From an uncultured archaeon (lineage in GTDB: Archaea; Asgardarchaeota; Thorarchaeia; Thorarchaeales; CAZPUN01), in assembly GCA_964589775.1 (NCBI GenBank), contig CAZPUN010000056.1, positions 1 through 32,000 of the forward strand: DNA of 32,000 bases, given 5' to 3'. A model generated the notes under the pieces. It worked only from the letters and a program-made list of their open reading frames with translations. It had not been told where the DNA came from and made no database searches. This document shows, piece by piece, positions 26,850 to 32,000 of the stretch (positions within the stretch are counted from its first letter, which is position 1; each line of letters starts with the position of its first letter). The position numbers were made by a program, and so were the translations under genes.

Positions 26850-28757
26850 TTGAAAATAAAAGAAGAGGATGTTGAAAAGGTAATAAAACCGATTCCGCCT
26901 TCATTATTGCCCGGACCTATTGCGAAATTCACTGTTTATGCAATTATTATTGATGGCAACCATGTCTATACCGGGTCATCTGCAGGCTCAATTAAAGTTT
27001 GGGAAAAGAATAGCTGGAGGCTAATTCGATCAATATATGCCCATGAATCTGAAATTATTATTACACTCGCTTTAGACGATAAATATCTGTACTCTGCCGC
27101 TCTGGACGGCACTGTTAAGGTGTGGGATAAAAAAACACTCCAATTAATCTCAACGCTGAAACATTCTACAAGTGTATGGGCTGTGGCGGTGGATGATGAA
27201 AGTGTTTACGTTGGCACAGATGAAAATACTGTAACAGTCTGGAAAAAAGAAAGATGGATACATGCTACGAGCCTCTACGGTCTTCGCTTGGGAGCAAATT
27301 CAATTGCTCTTGATGATGACCACATTTACGCTGGATCCAACGATGGAAGCGTATTTGTGTGGGATAAAAAAGATGGAGAGATCGTTAAAATCTTAAAACA
27401 TACAGATATTGTCAAGAAAGTCGTCGTAGACGAAAAATATGTTTATGCTTCTGCTATGAATGGTACCGTAATAATCTGGAAAAAAGATAAGTGGAAGAAG
27501 AAAGCTGTACTAGAAGCTCATAAGGGGTCTGTGGAAGCACTCGGAATTGATGAGAACTATATCTATACCGCGGGTAGTGATACTCAAGTAAAAGTCTGGA
27601 AAAAAGACAAATGGAAGGAAGTAGTAGCTCTATCAGGACATACTGAACCAATCTATTCAATTGCAGTGGACGATAATTTTGTGTATTCAGGCTCGAGCGA
27701 TAATTCTATTCGCATTTGGGAGAAAAACACATGGAAGGAACTTGTCAGCGTAGAGGGGCATTCCCAACCAATTTACGATATCGCACTAGATGAATCATTC
27801 ATTTATACGGGATCTTCGGACAAAACAATTAGAATTTGGGATAAATCCCATTTCAATCAACAAGCTATCCTGCAAGATGTAAATTGCATTTGTGCAATCG
27901 CAGTTGATTCTGATACGATTTATACTGGCTCAGAACATGGAAATATACGAATATGGAACAAAAAGGCACTAAGAAGCAAAGAGAACATCCAAGGACATAT
28001 GGACGAAGTGATGGATGTCACAGTTGATGAGAAGTATATCTATTCGGCTTCCAAGGATACAACTATCAAAATTTGGGATAAAAGAACATTATCTGAAATT
28101 AAAATGATCAATGCCCACAAATATACCGTGAGAAAACTTGCTCTAGATGAGCATTACGTGTATTCCTGCTCTGATGATGGATTCGTTAAGGTATGGGAAA
28201 AAGAAACGTGGAACCAGATTTACGTAATGGAACATAAAGATAAAGTAATCGACATTACAGAAGATGATGAATACATATATGTAGCATCAGAAGATAACAT
28301 CTATGTATGGGAAAAAGGTTCATGGAAAATGATCCATACCATAAAATGTTCAGGAAACGTCCGGGCTGTGCATATAGATGGTAAATTTCTTATTGCTATT
28401 GTTGATAACTACATCACTGCATGGAACAAAAAATCAGGCGAGAACGTAATAAAAATTCCGTGTAAGTTTGGTTATCCATTAAATATCATAAGCGATGAGA
28501 AATACCTTTATGCAACAACTACACTAGGCAACATTAAAGCTATTCCGAAATGGATTCTTACGGGAAATCAATATGAACTTCAAGAGTTTCTAAAAGAACA
28601 AGCAGATATTTACAAGAATCTAAAATGTCGAAACTATATTGATTCCTATTGGTACAAGTGGTATAGAACATTATGCGAATTCTTAAGAAAGGAGATTAAA
28701 TGTGAAGAAATACAAAATTTGCTGCAGGAATGCCTTGAAAAAAGAATGTACGGATAA
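26850..28757 (+). CDS. WD40-repeat protein (~14 blades, probably a double beta-propeller)
   Basis: Repeated H...V..(I/L)A.D..Y(I/V)YSGS.D.T(I/V)K(I/V)W(D/E)K units of ~40 aa; TTG start with GAGGT RBS. Confidence 0.92.
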   Translation: MKIKEEDVEKVIKPIPPSLLPGPIAKFTVYAIIIDGNHVYTGSSAGSIKVWEKNSWRLIRSIYAHESEIIITLALDDKYLYSAALDGTVKVWDKKTLQLISTLKHSTSVWAVAVDDESVYVGTDENTVTVWKKERWIHATSLYGLRLGANSIALDDDHIYAGSNDGSVFVWDKKDGEIVKILKHTDIVKKVVVDEKYVYASAMNGTVIIWKKDKWKKKAVLEAHKGSVEALGIDENYIYTAGSDTQVKVWKKDKWKEVVALSGHTEPIYSIAVDDNFVYSGSSDNSIRIWEKNTWKELVSVEGHSQPIYDIALDESFIYTGSSDKTIRIWDKSHFNQQAILQDVNCICAIAVDSDTIYTGSEHGNIRIWNKKALRSKENIQGHMDEVMDVTVDEKYIYSASKDTTIKIWDKRTLSEIKMINAHKYTVRKLALDEHYVYSCSDDGFVKVWEKETWNQIYVMEHKDKVIDITEDDEYIYVASEDNIYVWEKGSWKMIHTIKCSGNVRAVHIDGKFLIAIVDNYITAWNKKSGENVIKIPCKFGYPLNIISDEKYLYATTTLGNIKAIPKWILTGNQYELQEFLKEQADIYKNLKCRNYIDSYWYKWYRTLCEFLRKEIKCEEIQNLLQECLEKRMYG

Positions 28758-29492
28758 TTAATTCATAGTTTTAGCATAATTTCTTAAGAATTCTTCAAAT
28801 TCCTTAATAGGTCTGACTCTGGAAACGAATTGGTGAAAATCATCTTTAGTTCCATAATTTTTTATATACGATTTTACAAGATCACGATATTTTTTAGGGT
28901 CTGTGACAAAAGTGATATCAATAACGTGATGCAATATGTATCTATTTTTATCGCTTTTTAATTCACTATCTTTATCAGTAGTTATAAATATCACTATGAA
29001 TTTTTGATTTTTTTTCGTTTTTTCTAATTCTCGTTTCCAAAATGCAGTTTCTGTTAATCTTTCGCGTAAGCTAGTTTTACAGGAAATAATTGCGTTTATG
29101 ATTTGAGTCTTTTTATCAATAAGAAGTATATCTACATCTGGATAAATAATGTCCCAATTTTCAATAGCAATTTGATTTTTATATTTATTTAGATCAATAT
29201 TAATTAATACATCAATTTTATTTTGTAATTGGTTTTTTATTATTATTTGCATAATATATTTAAACACTGCATATTCATACAAAGCCCCTTTGCAGGATTT
29301 CCACGCCTGATCTCTACTTCTTTCTTTGTCATAATAGTTATTGAGCAGGGCTCTTAATTTATCTTCAGAAATAATATTAAAAGTCTCAATTGCCTTTAAG
29401 TAATCTCCATTATGTTCGCTTTCAACTATTTTATCATAATGATTTTTCAGGAGCTCATAAATTATTCTTTTACATTTATGTCCTTGGGACAT
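28758..29492 (-). CDS. Type II restriction endonuclease, BsaWI/CCGG family
   Basis: KG..YE helix, YPDVD, ISCKTSLRER motif; directly downstream of a DNA methyltransferase. Confidence 0.82.
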   Translation of the reverse strand: MSQGHKCKRIIYELLKNHYDKIVESEHNGDYLKAIETFNIISEDKLRALLNNYYDKERSRDQAWKSCKGALYEYAVFKYIMQIIIKNQLQNKIDVLINIDLNKYKNQIAIENWDIIYPDVDILLIDKKTQIINAIISCKTSLRERLTETAFWKRELEKTKKNQKFIVIFITTDKDSELKSDKNRYILHHVIDITFVTDPKKYRDLVKSYIKNYGTKDDFHQFVSRVRPIKEFEEFLRNYAKTMN

Positions 29493-29498
29493 TTTATA

Positions 29499-30326
29499 TC
29501 ACTCATTCAATAGTTTTAATTGATAGATATTTCCTTCATTTATGATCCGATTCTTAGCAATTTCACAATATTTTTTATCGATTTCAACACCGATTCCTTT
29601 TCTATTTAACATAGCACATGCTACAAGCGTTGTACAGCTTCCAGCAAATGGATCAAGAATTGTATCACCGACAAAACTAAATAATTTAATACATCTTTTT
29701 GGAAGTTCTACGGGAAATGGTGCGGGATGCCCTACTCTTTTTTTGCTTTCACCAGAGAATGTCCAAACACCACGAGTCCATTCCATGAATTCATCTCGCG
29801 TGATATCTGAAACGCCATTATTTAATTTCTTCCATACTTCTTTGTAAAAAACGACAATAACTTCTACTGGTGCAATTACATACGGAGCTTTTGCACTGAG
29901 CCACGAACCCCACGCAGTTCTTCTTGAGATATTACCTTCATTCCAAATAATTGTCGAGAAGTATTTCCAACCAACTTCCTTTGCAATTCTTACAACATCA
30001 GCGTAAACACTCTGAAATCCAGCTCCTTTTCGCCCTTTACTTTTGTCTAACGGTATATTTAAACAGAAGCGACCGTCCGGTTTCGCTAGCTCTAATGCTT
30101 TTGATAGCCATTTCTCAGTAAACTCGAGATATTTTTCATATGGCAGGTCATCTTTAAACGAATTGTAATGTATATCTACATTATATGGTGGCGAGGTGAT
30201 TATTAAATCTATAGAGTTTTTAGGTATCAAGTTCGTTGTTAGAAAATCATCATTTATGATAATGAGATTATCTTTCCAATTAAAATAAATACCATTATTT
30301 ACTTCATTCATTTTAAGATCATCCAT
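29499..30326 (-). CDS. beta-class amino DNA methyltransferase (probably N4-cytosine)
   Basis: ITSPPY (motif IV) precedes HPAPFP and ILDPFAGSCTT (motif I). Confidence 0.92.
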   Translation of the reverse strand: MDDLKMNEVNNGIYFNWKDNLIIINDDFLTTNLIPKNSIDLIITSPPYNVDIHYNSFKDDLPYEKYLEFTEKWLSKALELAKPDGRFCLNIPLDKSKGRKGAGFQSVYADVVRIAKEVGWKYFSTIIWNEGNISRRTAWGSWLSAKAPYVIAPVEVIVVFYKEVWKKLNNGVSDITRDEFMEWTRGVWTFSGESKKRVGHPAPFPVELPKRCIKLFSFVGDTILDPFAGSCTTLVACAMLNRKGIGVEIDKKYCEIAKNRIINEGNIYQLKLLNE

Positions 30327-30576
30327 TCAATTCTTAATTAATTTAATTTAATAAATTTGCTGTGAAGATTCTTTGTATCGTAATCATATATTTTTGAGAA
30401 TTCCTTCGTATAATATGCACATCTTATTCAAAAATAATTCACAACAGAAATTAACAAATAAATTTCTATAACCAATTCATATAGTTTCTATAATTTCAAA
30501 AAGATTCGAAAAACTCTTTAGTTCTTGCTATTTAATAACAATTATAATAATTTTAGTTTATGAGGGATAACATACA

Positions 30577-32000
30577 ATGCTCGCGTTCAGGCGTTCTATT
30601 AAGCCAATATTAATCATGTTGATTCTTCTACAGCCTGCTTCTCTTATTTCGCTCCATATAAATTCAAATAATTTGAAAGATACGCATTTCACAAATGTGA
30701 ATGAAAAGGTCTTCGCTATTTCAATACATAAAGATTTGGCAGGAATAGATGAAAGATGGCCAATCGGGGCTCGAATTGTCGGAATGCCTTTTGAAGAACA
30801 GACTGAAGAATCTATCAATAGAACACTAGATACTTTAAAATCCCAATATGTAAATACAATAGATTATGATATAGATTTGGGAAATAATTATGATACATTT
30901 ATTGATCCATCGCTTGCAGTTCAGTTAACAGAACGAGTGGTCCGATTAGCGCATGCACGAGGAATCAAAGTTTTCGAATATGTGCCGGGTTTTGAGATGA
31001 TTACACATAATGCAAGTTCAACGAATCATACAGTATTCAAGGAGCATCCAGATTGGGTACAGCGAGATATTAACGGACGCCCAGCGATATTTAATTCATC
31101 ATATGCATTCTGGATTGTTGAGGACGATGAAGACACATGGGTGACACCACTTGCCCCGGAATGGCGAGCGATGTATATGAATTATGTAAGGAACATAACT
31201 TCAGCAGGTGTAGATGCGATTTATATTGATATTCCGTACTGGATGACGCACTTTGAAGGATGGGAGGATTCATGGGCATCCTTTGATAATTATACAGTTG
31301 CAGAATTTACACGTCGGACGGGATTACAGCCGCCGGAGAATTTCTCTATGGACAATGAGGCATTCCTGCAATGGATACGATTTAGAAAGGACGTAATTAC
31401 TGAATTCATTCGAGACGTAAAATCGAATATAACTGCAATAAATCCAGATGTGAAGCTGATAATTGAGAATTATCCATCGTTTAGGGATTGTTCGCGAATG
31501 GGAGCGGATCCTTATGAGATATTGAAATATGCAGATGGCATTGCTCATGAATACGCACTGTACGAAAAGTATCAGACCTCAAACTATACAAAATTTGACT
31601 GGCTGAATTTCATAGCAGGTCTTAAAATTATTCAGGCAATAGATGGAGACAAAAACGGTTGGATTCTTTCGTATCCTGATACGCCTAAAGATTCTGTAAT
31701 ATTAGCAGCTTCAGATGTGTTTATGGGCAGGTCCTTCTGGGAACTTAAAGAACCGTACATGTCCGGAACTGTCGGATTGGATTACCGAACTGCAGTATTC
31801 AAGTGGATATCACAATATTCGGATATCTTATATGGAAAGTGGCATGTCATAGATCCAGTCTATGTATACTTTTCTCCAAATTCTCGGGATATGCTTGCAC
31901 CATTTGAAGATCATTATTCTGTTAATCAAGGCGATAGCGACCATTTACTCGAAACACTTGGAATCATAATCATGCTCCTGCAGAACCATATCCCATTTGA
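30577..32000 (+). CDS. secreted glycoside-hydrolase-like TIM-barrel protein (GHL6/GHL10-like), runs off the window
   Basis: Manual translation is open to the end: signal peptide MLAFRRSIKPILIMLILL, AHARGIKV, EHPDWVQRD..G, GVDAIYID, WIRFR, INPD, LLQNHIPF; GAGGGA RBS. Confidence 0.8.
   Translation, partial: MLAFRRSIKPILIMLILLQPASLISLHINSNNLKDTHFTNVNEKVFAISIHKDLAGIDERWPIGARIVGMPFEEQTEESINRTLDTLKSQYVNTIDYDIDLGNNYDTFIDPSLAVQLTERVVRLAHARGIKVFEYVPGFEMITHNASSTNHTVFKEHPDWVQRDINGRPAIFNSSYAFWIVEDDEDTWVTPLAPEWRAMYMNYVRNITSAGVDAIYIDIPYWMTHFEGWEDSWASFDNYTVAEFTRRTGLQPPENFSMDNEAFLQWIRFRKDVITEFIRDVKSNITAINPDVKLIIENYPSFRDCSRMGADPYEILKYADGIAHEYALYEKYQTSNYTKFDWLNFIAGLKIIQAIDGDKNGWILSYPDTPKDSVILAASDVFMGRSFWELKEPYMSGTVGLDYRTAVFKWISQYSDILYGKWHVIDPVYVYFSPNSRDMLAPFEDHYSVNQGDSDHLLETLGIIIMLLQNHIPF

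Noticed and set aside
30403-30430. dif/loxP-like half site CCTTCGTATAA next to the RM genes
   Set aside because: No matching second arm after a 6-8 bp spacer.
30558-31548. Minus-strand short ORFs at the right end
   Set aside because: Antisense to the long open plus-strand glycoside-hydrolase-like frame.

Overview
AT-rich archaeal chromosomal segment. The longin+DENN-like gene, EMC3/TMCO1-type insertase, stand-alone WD40 protein, many orphan ORFs and GGAGGTGA-type RBS/TATA boxes point to an Asgard-like archaeon (inference). It has about 28 CDS: NADH oxidase/CoA-disulfide reductase (partial), DUF2334-like deacetylase, three MFS transporters, a 959-aa protein of 7 tandem LEA_2-like (Tag1/DUF3712-type) repeats, an orphan RelE-like gene, a 2-hydroxyacid dehydrogenase, GNAT, SAM methyltransferase, PD-(D/E)xK nuclease, TPR-like protein, M28 and M29 peptidases, a low-GC 1148-aa double P-loop STAND-like NTPase, a BsaWI-type restriction-modification pair and a partial secreted glycoside-hydrolase-like protein. 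The least explained part is 11.2-15.5 kb. There, two clusters of a directional AAC(G/A)TTTACTC motif (8 copies, mostly pointing inward), each bordered on its inner side by an AT-rich tract, bracket three poorly characterised genes. A GC-rich ~130-nt structured element sits inside the left cluster and a ~70-nt multi-stem leader lies near the right one. An unannotated 46-aa gene and a very basic nuclease flank the unit, and the dominant gene strand switches here. No tRNA, rRNA, CRISPR array or transposase was seen. All family assignments come from motif recognition by eye, not database searches.
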